A stretch of DNA of 64,000 nt from Candidatus Eiseniibacteriota bacterium (GTDB lineage: Bacteria > Eisenbacteria > RBG-16-71-46 > SZUA-252): NCBI GenBank assembly GCA_963703225.1, contig OY969801.1, forward strand, positions 804,001 to 868,000, read 5' to 3'. Under the pieces are notes generated by a model that was given only the letters and a program-made list of their open reading frames with translations, had not been told where the DNA came from and ran no database searches. Shown here one piece after another: positions 37,934 through 47,915 of this stretch; the stretch's first letter is position 1, and each line of letters starts with the position of its first letter. A program made the position numbers and the translations under genes.

Positions 37934-39916
37934 ATGTGCGGAATTGCGGGATTCTGGGGGCCAGACTCGACTGAGAGAGTCCGTTGGATGACAAGTCTGA
38001 TGGTCCATCGCGGGCCCGACGATGGTGGCGTCTGGACGTCTGAGTCACGCCCGCTTGCCCTGGGAAGCAGACGGTTGAAGATAATAGACCTTACGCCCCA
38101 CGGGCATCAACCCATGGTGTCGCGCGACGGCACGCACGTGATTACATTCAACGGCGAGATCTACAACCATCCAGAACTCCGTCGGGAGCTCGAACAAGAC
38201 GGTCAGACGTTCAGGTCGCGGTCCGACACCGAAGTGCTCTTGAATGTACTGACAACCTGGGGTGTGGAAGGCATCACGCGACTGAACGGCATCTTCGCAT
38301 TCGCACTCTGGAACGAGACTTCTGGTCAGCTCACCCTGGGGAGGGACAGGCTTGGCGTGAAGCCTGTCTACTACGCGTGCGTGCAGGACTCGTTCTGCTT
38401 CGCTTCTGAGATCAAGGCTATTCTCGGATCTGGTCTGGTCGAACCACGGCTGGATCCTAAGGAACTCGAGAGCTACCTGCGCCTGTTGTGGGTTCCTGAG
38501 CCCGGGACCCTTTTTGCCGGCATTCGAAAACTTGAGCCCGGAACCATTCTTCAATGGAACGGGAGTAGCGTTAGGACGCAACGGTACTGGGATGTCCCAC
38601 TCCCAAACGACGGACCCCCGCTCTCGGAGGCGGCCGCGCTCGTCGGGGGAGTGTTGGAGCGCTCCATTCGCCGGCAACTACGCGCAGACGTCCCGGTCGG
38701 CGCCTTCCTGAGCGGTGGAATTGACTCAACAGCAATCACGGCGATTGCTGCCCGCGAGATGGGCCGGGCTGTCCGCACCTATACCATTCGTTTCGAATCC
38801 CAGGACAGGGCTCATGAAGGCGCGATCGACGACGCGCGGTATTCACGGCTCGTGGCCGACTGGGCCGAAGTGGAGCATCGAGAGATAGTGATCTCTCCGG
38901 ACGTACTCTCGCTTCTACCAAAGATGGTGTGGCACCTTGAGGATCCCGTGGCGGATCCAGCGGCCATCAATACATTCCTCATTTGTGAAGCAGCACGCGC
39001 AGAGAGCACGGTATTGTTGAGCGGGTCGGGTGGAGACGAGCTATTTGGGGGGTACCGAAAGTATCCGGCGACGATTCTCGCTGGGAGTTACCAGCGACTC
39101 CCCAAATTTCTTCGCGAGTGGGTCATTGCTCCGTTGGCCCGGCGACTGCCAGTTGTTGTTGGTAAGTCCGGTCTCCGAGACGTTCGATTGGCCAAGAAGT
39201 TTTTGCGGTACTCGGGGCATGAGTACCTCGAGAGGTTCCTGGGGTATTCAACCTATTACGATGGTGTGGAGCTATCGGAGCTCCTCGGCCGGGGCGGCTC
39301 ACGATCTGAGAATGACTACATGGGGCTGGATCGCCTCAGGGCGTCATGGGACGCGAGATCATCCGGGGATTTCGTTGATCGGATGCTATACCTAGATCTC
39401 AAGTACTACCTTCCCGGCCTTGGCCTAGCGTACATGGATAAGGCAAGCATGGCGGCTTCCGTGGAAGTACGCGTGCCACTCCTGGACGACGAGCTCGTCG
39501 AGACCGTTTCTCGCTTGCCTGGTGACAAGAAGGTGAAGGGGTCAAAGACCAAGATTGTCTTAAGGGAGGCCCTCCGAGGAAGGATTCCAAACGCGATTCT
39601 CCGGCGCCGAAAGGCGCCATTTTCAGCTCCGATCCGATCTTGGCTCAGAGGACCATTAGAGCCGGCCGTTTCGGAGCTCTTGGGCCCCTCGCAACTCCGG
39701 ACGCGGGGGCTTGTCGACCCGGAAATGGTGGAACGAATCCTTGCCGAGAATCGGCGGGGCATTGAAGACCATTCATTGAGAATATGGGCTCTGCTAACGC
39801 TTGAAATCTGGCACCAGGAGTTTTTTGATCACCGAAATCGCTACGCCATGAAGTCAGAGGCCCACTCGGTCCCGGAAGCGCTTCGCGTTGGGGGAAGAAC
39901 GGAGGTGTCCGCATGA
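37934..39916 (+). CDS. asnB: asparagine synthase (glutamine-hydrolysing)-like amidotransferase
   Basis: N-terminal MCGIAGFWG nucleophile Cys2, GATase-II then synthetase domain SGGIDST PP-loop. Confidence 0.85.
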   Translation: MCGIAGFWGPDSTERVRWMTSLMVHRGPDDGGVWTSESRPLALGSRRLKIIDLTPHGHQPMVSRDGTHVITFNGEIYNHPELRRELEQDGQTFRSRSDTEVLLNVLTTWGVEGITRLNGIFAFALWNETSGQLTLGRDRLGVKPVYYACVQDSFCFASEIKAILGSGLVEPRLDPKELESYLRLLWVPEPGTLFAGIRKLEPGTILQWNGSSVRTQRYWDVPLPNDGPPLSEAAALVGGVLERSIRRQLRADVPVGAFLSGGIDSTAITAIAAREMGRAVRTYTIRFESQDRAHEGAIDDARYSRLVADWAEVEHREIVISPDVLSLLPKMVWHLEDPVADPAAINTFLICEAARAESTVLLSGSGGDELFGGYRKYPATILAGSYQRLPKFLREWVIAPLARRLPVVVGKSGLRDVRLAKKFLRYSGHEYLERFLGYSTYYDGVELSELLGRGGSRSENDYMGLDRLRASWDARSSGDFVDRMLYLDLKYYLPGLGLAYMDKASMAASVEVRVPLLDDELVETVSRLPGDKKVKGSKTKIVLREALRGRIPNAILRRRKAPFSAPIRSWLRGPLEPAVSELLGPSQLRTRGLVDPEMVERILAENRRGIEDHSLRIWALLTLEIWHQEFFDHRNRYAMKSEAHSVPEALRVGGRTEVSA

Positions 39917-42114
39917 AGCAGCTCGCGCTGGACCCTCATTCGGGTGCCATCTCCATCATGGAGTTGGCCAATCCCTCTTTGCGACCAGACGAGGCGCTTG
40001 TGCGGGTTAGATGTTCGGTCGTCTCATCTGGGACCGAGTTGGCAAAGGTGAGCCTTGCTGGCCAGTCCTTGGTGAATAAGGCACGGAGTCGACCGGAACA
40101 GGTCACAAACGTCATCCATAGCGCGCGGATGGATGGAATAGCCGCAACGGTGCGGAAGGTCAAAGAGCGTCTCGGCACTCCGATGCCGCTGGGCTACTCC
40201 TTGGCAGGTGTCGTTGAAGAGTGTGGAGCGGCGTGTGGCGGATTGTGGCCAGGGGCAGCGGTTGCTTGCGCCGGGGCAACCGCCTCGCACGCTGAGATGG
40301 TTGCCGTTCCTTCTATGCTTGTGGTCCCCGTACCGCCAGATGTGGCCCTCGAGGATGCTGCGTACACGACGCTCGGTGCGATCGCCATGCACGGGTTGAG
40401 AACGGGTAACGTTCAGCTAGGTGATCGGGTGCTGATCATTGGCCTTGGCCTCCTGGGCCAGATTGCAACCCGCCTCTGTGTCGCCGCTGGCGCTCACGTG
40501 TTTGGGGTCGATCTGCGCGAAGACAGGGCACAGCTGGCTGTCGACTCTGGGGCGGACGCTGCGCACACCGCGCTCGACTCAGCCACGGCCAGGGCGGTTA
40601 CCGCTTGGAGTGGAGGAAGAGGGGCCGATGTGGTCCTGATCACCGCGGGAGGAACGGACAATTCGCCGTTGGTCCTGGCGGGCGATGCGGCGCGTGACCG
40701 CGCCCGGGTGGTGGTCGTGGGTGCGGTCGAGCTTGCCGTCCCGAGAGAGACGTTCTATCACAAAGAGCTCTCGCTCGTGGTTAGCAGGTCCTACGGCCCC
40801 GGCCGGTACGACCGTGACTATGAGGAACGCGGGATTGCCTATCCAGTGGGCTTCGTCCCCTGGACGGAGCGAAGAAACATGGAGGAGTTCCTGTCCCTCC
40901 TGAGCGCCGCGCGGATCACACTCCAGGGCCTCAAGGGCGAAACGGTGCCATTCGAAGATGCGCCGGCCGCATACCAGCGGCTTTCGGGGCAGAATCCGCC
41001 AATCTCCGTCGTCTTCCGCTACGGGGAGCCCGACTCCTCGCCGAGTACGATCGAGCCTCCTCCCGAACGCACAGAGCTGCTGCCTCATGTACTCACAAGC
41101 AATTGGCGTGACTCCGCGTCGCGTTTCGAGCCAAGACCCCTCCAAGTCAGCTTCGTTGGCGTTGGAAATTTCGCGACAGGCACCCTGCTCCCTGCTATTC
41201 GAGGGGCAAGCGACGCGCTCCTTGTCACTGCCGTAGCCTCGACCCCACTCAAGGCGGAGTCGGTGAAGCGCCGCTGGAAGTTCGCAGCCTCTGGGTCAGA
41301 CCCAAGTGAGGCGTGGTCGGGACACGACACGCAAATCGTGGTCCTCGCGACCCGGCACGATACGCACGCGGCCTTCGCGGAGGCTGCCCTGCGCGCCAAC
41401 AAGGCGGTCTTCGTGGAGAAACCTCTAGCACTTCTCCCAGCGGAATTTGACCGGGTAAAGACAACGCTCGACGCAACCGCGGGGAGGCTCATGGTGGGCT
41501 TCAATAGGCGGTTCGCACCGGCGGTGCGCTGGGCCGTCGATTGCCTTGGGTCCGATCGCGGGAACGCGCGCCTGCTGTTGCGGGTGAACGCCGGGCCACT
41601 CCCTTCGGATCACTGGCTTCTCGACCCTAAGATTGGAGGAGGGAGGCTCCTCGGCGAAGGCTGCCACTTCATCGATCTGGCGTGTTTTCTTGCCGGGTCG
41701 GAACCGGTCGAGGTATTGGCGCGGGGCCGCGACCGGGTTTCTGGCAATGTGCCGAACCAGGATTTTTGCGTTGAGCTGACCTTCGCCAACGGGACGACAG
41801 CCCTCATTGAATACGTCTCCAGCGGAGACCCCACTCTCGGCAAGGAACGTTACGAGATCCACCGGCAGGGAATATCGATCGTCATAGATGATTTCCGACG
41901 AGCGGAATGCCGCCGGTCGGGGAAGGTAAAGAGACACGCATGGGCGGCGCGGGACCGGGGCCACAGGGCCGAAGTACACGAATTTCTTGAGGCTGTGCGA
42001 ACCGGCGCCCCTACTCCCATCCCCGAAGCACAAAGCGTCCTATCGACCGCTCTTACCCTTGCAGCGGCGAGGTCCCTGCGCGAGGGTCGAGCTCTGGGGG
42101 CTGATGCTTGGTGA
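39913..42114 (+). CDS. bi-domain oxidoreductase: N-terminal Zn-dependent alcohol dehydrogenase (MDR) fused to C-terminal Gfo/Idh/MocA domain
   Basis: 733 aa; ATGA overlap with asnB; MDR Rossmann GLGLLGQ; C-terminal VGVGNFA...FVEKPLA and EGCHFIDL Gfo/Idh/MocA motifs. Confidence 0.75.
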   Translation: MKQLALDPHSGAISIMELANPSLRPDEALVRVRCSVVSSGTELAKVSLAGQSLVNKARSRPEQVTNVIHSARMDGIAATVRKVKERLGTPMPLGYSLAGVVEECGAACGGLWPGAAVACAGATASHAEMVAVPSMLVVPVPPDVALEDAAYTTLGAIAMHGLRTGNVQLGDRVLIIGLGLLGQIATRLCVAAGAHVFGVDLREDRAQLAVDSGADAAHTALDSATARAVTAWSGGRGADVVLITAGGTDNSPLVLAGDAARDRARVVVVGAVELAVPRETFYHKELSLVVSRSYGPGRYDRDYEERGIAYPVGFVPWTERRNMEEFLSLLSAARITLQGLKGETVPFEDAPAAYQRLSGQNPPISVVFRYGEPDSSPSTIEPPPERTELLPHVLTSNWRDSASRFEPRPLQVSFVGVGNFATGTLLPAIRGASDALLVTAVASTPLKAESVKRRWKFAASGSDPSEAWSGHDTQIVVLATRHDTHAAFAEAALRANKAVFVEKPLALLPAEFDRVKTTLDATAGRLMVGFNRRFAPAVRWAVDCLGSDRGNARLLLRVNAGPLPSDHWLLDPKIGGGRLLGEGCHFIDLACFLAGSEPVEVLARGRDRVSGNVPNQDFCVELTFANGTTALIEYVSSGDPTLGKERYEIHRQGISIVIDDFRRAECRRSGKVKRHAWAARDRGHRAEVHEFLEAVRTGAPTPIPEAQSVLSTALTLAAARSLREGRALGADAW

Positions 42115-43351
42115 CCTGACCGCTGAGCGGGCGCTCGTCCATACGCTGGAGCGCGCGGAGCGGGCCGGATGGAAGGGAGCCGATCCCTACGACGGGTTGC
42201 TCTCGACCATTGGGGCAGCGGCCATTCCCCTTGGATCGCTGGCTCGGATGGCCCTCCTGCAAACGGTGACGAGGTCTGGGCTAGTTCGCCGGGTCGTCAA
42301 CCCCACGAGATCCACAAATCCGAAGGGTCTGGGACTGTTCCTCGGGTCTGTTTTGAGGGGCCGGGACACCCTGGGCCCTCGTCGCGCGCGAGATCTTGGG
42401 GTGGCGCTCCTGTCCGAGATTGAGTTGGCAGCTAGGAAGGCGCCGCACGGGATCGGTTGGGGGTACCCGTTTCCTTGGCAGTCCAGATTCTTCTATGCGC
42501 CGGCCGGAACATCCAACGCGGTAGTTACCGCCACCGTAGGCTGGCACCTTCTTGATTGGGCTGATGAGATGGCATCGGATCGCGCGAGGTCGCTGGGATT
42601 CGGTGCTGCTCAATTCCTATCGCAATCGTTGGTGCATCAGGAGGCACCTTCCAGTGGAGCCTCAGTCTCCTACATCGAGTCGAGCCGAGACCGCATCGTC
42701 AATGTATCCATGCTGGCGGCCAGACTCCTGATGCGGGTCGGCGCCGACGCCCCACGCCGCCCAAGCCAGGCCGTCACGGCAGCCGAGGCGGCGTTGATGA
42801 GAGCCCAGGCCGACCGGCTCCTTCAATTCGGGCTCTCCCAGCAGCTCCCATCCGGATTTTGGAAGTACGCTGTTGAGGCTCGCGGCAATTGGGTGGACTC
42901 CTACCACATGGGGTTCATCCTGGAGTCGCTTCTCTCCCTCCGTACTCTGGGAGCCCCGGTCCCCAACGCACCTTTGCTCCGGGGACTGAGTGCCTACGCC
43001 TCGTTCTTCGATCCCGACGGCGGGGCACGATACTCAAGTGGGAGCCGGTCCTTTTACGATGCACACTCCGCGGCACAGGGAATCGTCACCTACACTTCCC
43101 TGGCCAGTGACGACGGTATGCCCTCCGCCGCTCGCGAGGATGCCGCGGAGCGGGCTGGCCGGATCGTGGACTGGTCGCTGAGAAATTTGTGGATCTCTCC
43201 AAAAGGCTATTTCGCCTATAGGGTGATTCGTGGTAGGAGGGACGAGCGGGACTACTCCCGATGGGTCCAGGCGTGGATGGCTCTGGCCCTTGGAACCGCA
43301 CTAGGAAAGCCAAGCCAGGCTGAGGTGGTGGAAGCGCAGGAAGCGCGGTAA
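42104..43351 (+). CDS. hypothetical protein within polysaccharide locus
   Basis: 415 aa from ATG overlapping upstream stop; no confidently recognised family. Confidence 0.5.
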   Translation: MLGDLTAERALVHTLERAERAGWKGADPYDGLLSTIGAAAIPLGSLARMALLQTVTRSGLVRRVVNPTRSTNPKGLGLFLGSVLRGRDTLGPRRARDLGVALLSEIELAARKAPHGIGWGYPFPWQSRFFYAPAGTSNAVVTATVGWHLLDWADEMASDRARSLGFGAAQFLSQSLVHQEAPSSGASVSYIESSRDRIVNVSMLAARLLMRVGADAPRRPSQAVTAAEAALMRAQADRLLQFGLSQQLPSGFWKYAVEARGNWVDSYHMGFILESLLSLRTLGAPVPNAPLLRGLSAYASFFDPDGGARYSSGSRSFYDAHSAAQGIVTYTSLASDDGMPSAAREDAAERAGRIVDWSLRNLWISPKGYFAYRVIRGRRDERDYSRWVQAWMALALGTALGKPSQAEVVEAQEAR

Positions 43352-43380
43352 TCCGTCAGGGATTGGCGGGGGGTGGTGGG

Positions 43381-44472
43381 ATGGGGCAGGGGCCCGTCTG
43401 GTTCGACTTTGAGAACACGCCGCACGTCTTGTTTCTGGAGCCGATCATCCGGCGGCTCCACGAGACAGGCCTAGAGACCGTTGCGACAGCGAAGCCTCAG
43501 TCCCAAACCATTGAGCTCGCGGCCGCGCGCGGAATCCCCGTCGATGTCGTAGGCGGCGGAAATCACAAGGGTCGGCTCAGGAAGTTCCTCTACGGTCTTG
43601 GGCGAGCCGCACAGCTCGCTGCTTGGGCCGTCTCCAAGAAACCCCCGCGTCTGCTTGTCTCCAGCTCCAGGACTGCTTCGCTGGCCGCCAGGGCGCTCGG
43701 CATCCCAGCGATCGGTCTCCTCGACTACGAGCATTCCGAATACCGGCCCATTGCCATGGCCTCCAGGCCGGTCCTGATGCCCGATCTCTTTCGCGGAGCG
43801 AATCTTCCGCTCGCGCTCCGTCGGGTGGTCGGGTTTTACGAAGGCCTCAAAGAAAACCTCTACATTGATGATCGCTCTCTAAACCGCGGCGCCTGTCGCG
43901 CGGGTCTTGGCATACACAATGGGGCGTACGTCGTCGTCGCTCGGCCTCCTGCGTGGAACGCTCACTACGCGGAAAGGGCGGATACGAGCGTCGCCCTCTG
44001 GATGCGGGCAGTCCGTCAGTTTCATTCTGTGGATCACACGCGAATCTACTTGGTTCCGAGAGATCGGGAACAGCTCGACTGGCTGAACCGGTCCTTCGGT
44101 TCCTCGGCTGGCGTGCATGTGTTTTCAACGGCTATGGATGGCCCTGCCCTGATCGCTGGCGCGGATTTGGTGATCAGCGGTGGTGGAACGATGAATCGAG
44201 AGGCAGCGGCTCTCGGCGTGCCGGCGTGGAGCGTGTTCACGGGGCGCACACCGCACGTGGACGAGTGTTTGGCGCGAGAGGGGCGGCTGCGCTGGGTGCG
44301 AACCGAAGAGGAGTACGCGGACGCCTGGCGCGCACCACGACCACAACTCCTCCCGAGGAGGGGGCCGTACCCGGCGGGCCTTGAGCGTATCGCCGATGAA
44401 GTCCTTTCGGCGACGGGTGTGGTGGCGGAGAGACAGTCAGAACTGGCAAGCGAGGAGGCACGTCAACTCTAG
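43381..44472 (+). CDS. DUF354-like protein (GT-B fold, glycosyltransferase/epimerase-like)
   Basis: VWFDFENTPHVLFLEPII N-terminus reminiscent of DUF354 family; assignment tentative. Confidence 0.45.
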   Translation: MGQGPVWFDFENTPHVLFLEPIIRRLHETGLETVATAKPQSQTIELAAARGIPVDVVGGGNHKGRLRKFLYGLGRAAQLAAWAVSKKPPRLLVSSSRTASLAARALGIPAIGLLDYEHSEYRPIAMASRPVLMPDLFRGANLPLALRRVVGFYEGLKENLYIDDRSLNRGACRAGLGIHNGAYVVVARPPAWNAHYAERADTSVALWMRAVRQFHSVDHTRIYLVPRDREQLDWLNRSFGSSAGVHVFSTAMDGPALIAGADLVISGGGTMNREAAALGVPAWSVFTGRTPHVDECLAREGRLRWVRTEEEYADAWRAPRPQLLPRRGPYPAGLERIADEVLSATGVVAERQSELASEEARQL

Positions 44473-44491
44473 CGCCGATTGAGAACCATCA

Positions 44492-46064
44492 GTGGAGGCA
44501 GCTGGGACGCTGCCGGGAGGATCGGAGCTGAAGCCGGAAGGAGCACCGGCTCGCGAGCGCGAGACCGGAAGCATCGAAATCCGACAGCAGCAGGTCGCTG
44601 GGCGTCGCGCTTACGACCCGGCGGCTCGCGAAGCACCCTTCCAGCCCAGGGCCAGGCGGCCCGCCGGGCACAGTGCTCTCGTTTTCGCGACGGTTCTTGG
44701 CGATCTCGCATCCGTGGCGATCGGGACGTTGGCAACCTCCACCCTCCGATACCCAATCGCTGAGACATTCTCATCGCTGCTCACGCCCGAAGGATCGACC
44801 CTTGTTCTTCTAGCTTCCCTAGCGTGGGTTGGCCTCCTCTCCGCCCGCGGGGCCTACTGGCCGAAGGTCACTCTTGGACGCGGTCGCCAGGCCGTTGTCA
44901 TCGTCGGGGCGGGGTTGCCCGCCTGGATCGTCGTCCAGCTCGCTGCATCCTGGCTCAAGGTCACCGTGCCGCTCGACAGCAGGCTGGTCATGGCCCTATC
45001 GCTACCCGCCACCCTGCTGGGCTTGGTGCTGTTCAGGCTGTCCATCGTGCGCCTTGGGGCGCACCAAGTGTATCGCCGGCGCGGTCAAGGGCTTCTCCTA
45101 GCTTTGAGCGCTTCCGACCCGTTTGCTCGGGGGGCGAGCAGCCCGTGGGCCCCGCATTTCCGTGGCAGGGTGGTCGTGCACCAGTACCTGGGTCCTCTCA
45201 GTCCCGGTCGTGCGCAGTCGCTTGTGGCCGAATATGAAGCAGAAGAAGTACTGCTGGAAACGGGTGTCCTTCCAGGAGCGGACACTCTGCAGATCGCCTT
45301 CGCGTGTCTGGATGCAGGGGCCGAGGTTCAGCTCGTACCTGCGGAGGGCCGCGCATCCGGGCGTGGACTCTCCGAGGATCGGGTCGGCGCGCTGCCGATG
45401 CTGCACCTCCGACGATTCGACCTAGCAGGTCCAGAGGTCATCTTCAAACGAATGGCGGACGTCGTTGGGTCGACGCTTGGCCTCTTGCTTCTCTCGCCCT
45501 TGTTTGCCGCGCTCGCGCTTGCGGTCAAGATCAACTCATCCGGCCCGGTCATTTACACGTCGGAGAGAATCGGCAAGCGCGGCCGGAGATTTCGGATGTT
45601 CAAGTTCCGAACGATGTTCCACGGGAACGACTCGAGGGAATATGAGAAGTACCTCGGTTCTTTATCCGGCAGGGAAGACCGGCGGTTGTCACGGCGGACG
45701 GGACGCACATCTACAAGCCGCCCACATGATCCGCGCGTCACCGCGGTCGGGGCTTGGCTCCGGAGGCTCTCCCTGGACGAGCTCCCACAGCTGCTTCAAC
45801 ACCCTTCTTGGCAGAATGAGCCTCGTCGGTCCTCGGCCGTGCCTGCCGTATGAGTGGGAGCTGTATGCGCCGTGGCAGCGGCGACGCCTCGATGTGACGC
45901 CCGGCTGCACAGGGCTGTGGCAGGTGAAAGGGAGGAGTCGGGTTCGATTCGAAGACATGGTGATACTCGACCTCTACTACGCGCATCACGGAACTCTTCT
46001 GAGCGACTTGCGGCTGATGGCTCAGACTATCCCCGTCATGGCGCAGGGACGCGGAGCGTACTGA
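44492..46064 (+). CDS. undecaprenyl-phosphate sugar phosphotransferase (initiating sugar transferase, WbaP/EpsL-like); frame disrupted near 45785-45800
   Basis: TM N-terminus; C-terminal bacterial sugar transferase motifs (PVIYTSERIGKRGRRFRMFKFRTM, SLDELPQL / LLGRMSLVGPRP, PGCTGLWQV) across two frames. Confidence 0.75.
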
Positions 46065-46084
46065 GAGGCGGGCACCCGCCTCAC

Positions 46085-46174
46085 CCACTCCACCCTCCCG
46101 CCGACGAGGAACGGCGTCTCGTTCGTTGAGGACCCGGGGATGTGATCCAGGTTCTCGATCGAAACCGTTCCGAT
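46085..46174 (-). pseudogene. remnant of Wzi-like outer-membrane protein 3' end
   Basis: Encodes IGTVSIENLDHIPGSSTNETPFLVGGRVEW, homologous to the C-terminus (VGTASIENLDHILAPAESETPFRVSGKVAW) of the intact gene at 48846-50423; about 50/70 ungapped nucleotide identity between 46100-46170 and 48860-48930. Confidence 0.45.
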
Positions 46175-46175
46175 C

Positions 46176-46310
46176 GATGTGAAGTCGATTCCCGATGGGA
46201 TGGTGGCCGCCGGAAACCCTGCCGAAGTCCTCAAGAAGATTGAGGATCTCAAGTGTTATCCCGGCTTCTTTGAACGCCCCTACGTCTGGGAGCCATACCA
46301 GAAGGGCTAG
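46176..46310 (+). pseudogene. possible remnant of hexapeptide-repeat acetyltransferase C-terminus
   Basis: ...IPDGMVAAGNPAEVLKKIEDL... resembles acetyltransferase C-terminal IP-x-x-VAAGNPA-V motif; no start codon or upstream body. Confidence 0.3.
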
Positions 46311-46450
46311 CGCCTCCCGCCACGCACTCCAGAGCGATGCGCGTCCGTCGAAGCTCGAACCGGCGCCATGCAGTATCACAACCGAATCATAGGATTAGCC
46401 TAGCTGATTCATCATAGCTACAATCTCTCCGTCACCACACCGGAGGGACT

Positions 46451-47410
46451 GTGCAGACGAACAGCGCGAAGTGGCTTCTCCTCATCCACCAAATCCCCGC
46501 GAAGCCTGACTACCTACGCGTGAAGGTCGGGCGCGAATTGCGCCAGCTTGGTGCCGTGGCGATCAAGAACTCGGTCTACGTGGTGCCGGCGGCTCCAGGG
46601 ATGCGAAAGGCGCTCGCGGACTTTTCCCGGGAGGTCCTCCAGCGCGGCGGGGAGGCGGCCGTCTGCGAGGCTCACTTTATTGAGGGCCTCGCCGATGGCG
46701 CGGTGGAGGACCTATTCCGCAAGGCGAGCGACGCGGAGTACTCCAAGCTCGCCGAGGAAGCGAGGGGTCTGGCCTCTGAGATGCGGGGCAGGCGGGCGGC
46801 CAACGACGCGGCCCGGCGAGCGGCGGCGCGGAAATTGGAACGGCTACGCCTGCGGTTCGACGAAATCGTCTCGAGGGATCCCTTTGACGCGCGAGGGCGA
46901 GCGGCCGCGGCGAGCGCAATTTCCCTGGCCGAGGATCGGGTCGAGGGAGTCGACGTGGGAGCGAAGGGGGGCGCCGGCGATCTGGAGCCGCCTCGGGGCG
47001 CCACCTGGGTGACGCGCACGGGCGTCATGGTGGATCGAATCGGGAGTGCCTGGCTCATTCGCCGGTTCATCGACCCGAAAGCCGAGTTCAAGTTCGTCTC
47101 CGCCCGCGGCTACAAACCCGTTCCGGGCGAGATCCGCTTCGACATGACCGGCGCGGAATTCACGCATCGGGACCACCTCTGCACTTTCGAGGTGCTGGTG
47201 GAGCGATTCCGGCTGCGGGATTCGGCTCTCAAGCCACTCGCCGAGATCGTCCACGACCTCGATTTGGAGGATGAGAAATATCGCCGACCGGAAGCCGCCG
47301 GGGTGGAGCGGATGATCGTGGGACTGGCCATCGCGGAGAAGAGCGATGAGGTGCGGCTCCGCCAAGGGGCCGCGGTGTTCGAAAACCTCTATGAGTCCTT
47401 TCGCAGGTGA
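46451..47410 (+). CDS. chrB: ChrB-like chromate resistance regulatory protein (N- and C-terminal ChrB domains)
   Basis: 319 aa; GTG after GGAGGGA; N-terminal WLLLIHQIPAKPDYLRVKVGRELRQLGAVAIKNSVYVVP and C-terminal WVTRTGVMVDRIGSAWLIRRFIDPKAEF motifs. Confidence 0.65.
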   Translation: MQTNSAKWLLLIHQIPAKPDYLRVKVGRELRQLGAVAIKNSVYVVPAAPGMRKALADFSREVLQRGGEAAVCEAHFIEGLADGAVEDLFRKASDAEYSKLAEEARGLASEMRGRRAANDAARRAAARKLERLRLRFDEIVSRDPFDARGRAAAASAISLAEDRVEGVDVGAKGGAGDLEPPRGATWVTRTGVMVDRIGSAWLIRRFIDPKAEFKFVSARGYKPVPGEIRFDMTGAEFTHRDHLCTFEVLVERFRLRDSALKPLAEIVHDLDLEDEKYRRPEAAGVERMIVGLAIAEKSDEVRLRQGAAVFENLYESFRR

Positions 47411-47453
47411 GGTTGTTGCGACTGGGTCGAGGCAAACGGAGGAGGGAAGCGCG

Positions 47454-47915
47454 ATGAAATGGGTAACGAGAGAGAACGTGCAGGTGGATCGAGTGGCATG
47501 CCCGTGGCTGATCAAGAAGTTCGTAGATCCGAAGGCTGAATTCCTGTTCGTGCCGGCGGACCAGGTCATGGCCGTGGCGGAGCGCGAGAAGGCGATCCCG
47601 TACGATGTGAAGGGCGTCGAGCTAGGCCATCATGGGAAGGAGTGCTCGTTCGATGCGATCGTCAAGAAGCACGGCCTGACGTCCGACCCGGCGCTGGTGC
47701 TGCTGGCCCGGATCGTGAACGGAGCCGACACGGACAACACGCTCTGGAACCAGCCAGAATCGGCCGGGCTGAGGGCGGTCGCCAAGGGCTTTCGCGGTCT
47801 TGGCTTCAAGAACGACCACGAGCTGAACGCCGCCGAATGGATCGTCTACGACGCGCTCTACGCCTACTGCGGGAAGATGGTGGAGGAGGGGAAGCTGGAG
47901 GGCGCGGCGAGGTGA
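47454..47915 (+). CDS. ChrB C-terminal domain protein (chromate-resistance-like)
   Basis: 153 aa; GGAGGAGGGAAG RBS; WVTRENVQVDRVACPWLIKKFVDPKAEF parallel to ChrB C-domain. Confidence 0.6.
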   Translation: MKWVTRENVQVDRVACPWLIKKFVDPKAEFLFVPADQVMAVAEREKAIPYDVKGVELGHHGKECSFDAIVKKHGLTSDPALVLLARIVNGADTDNTLWNQPESAGLRAVAKGFRGLGFKNDHELNAAEWIVYDALYAYCGKMVEEGKLEGAAR

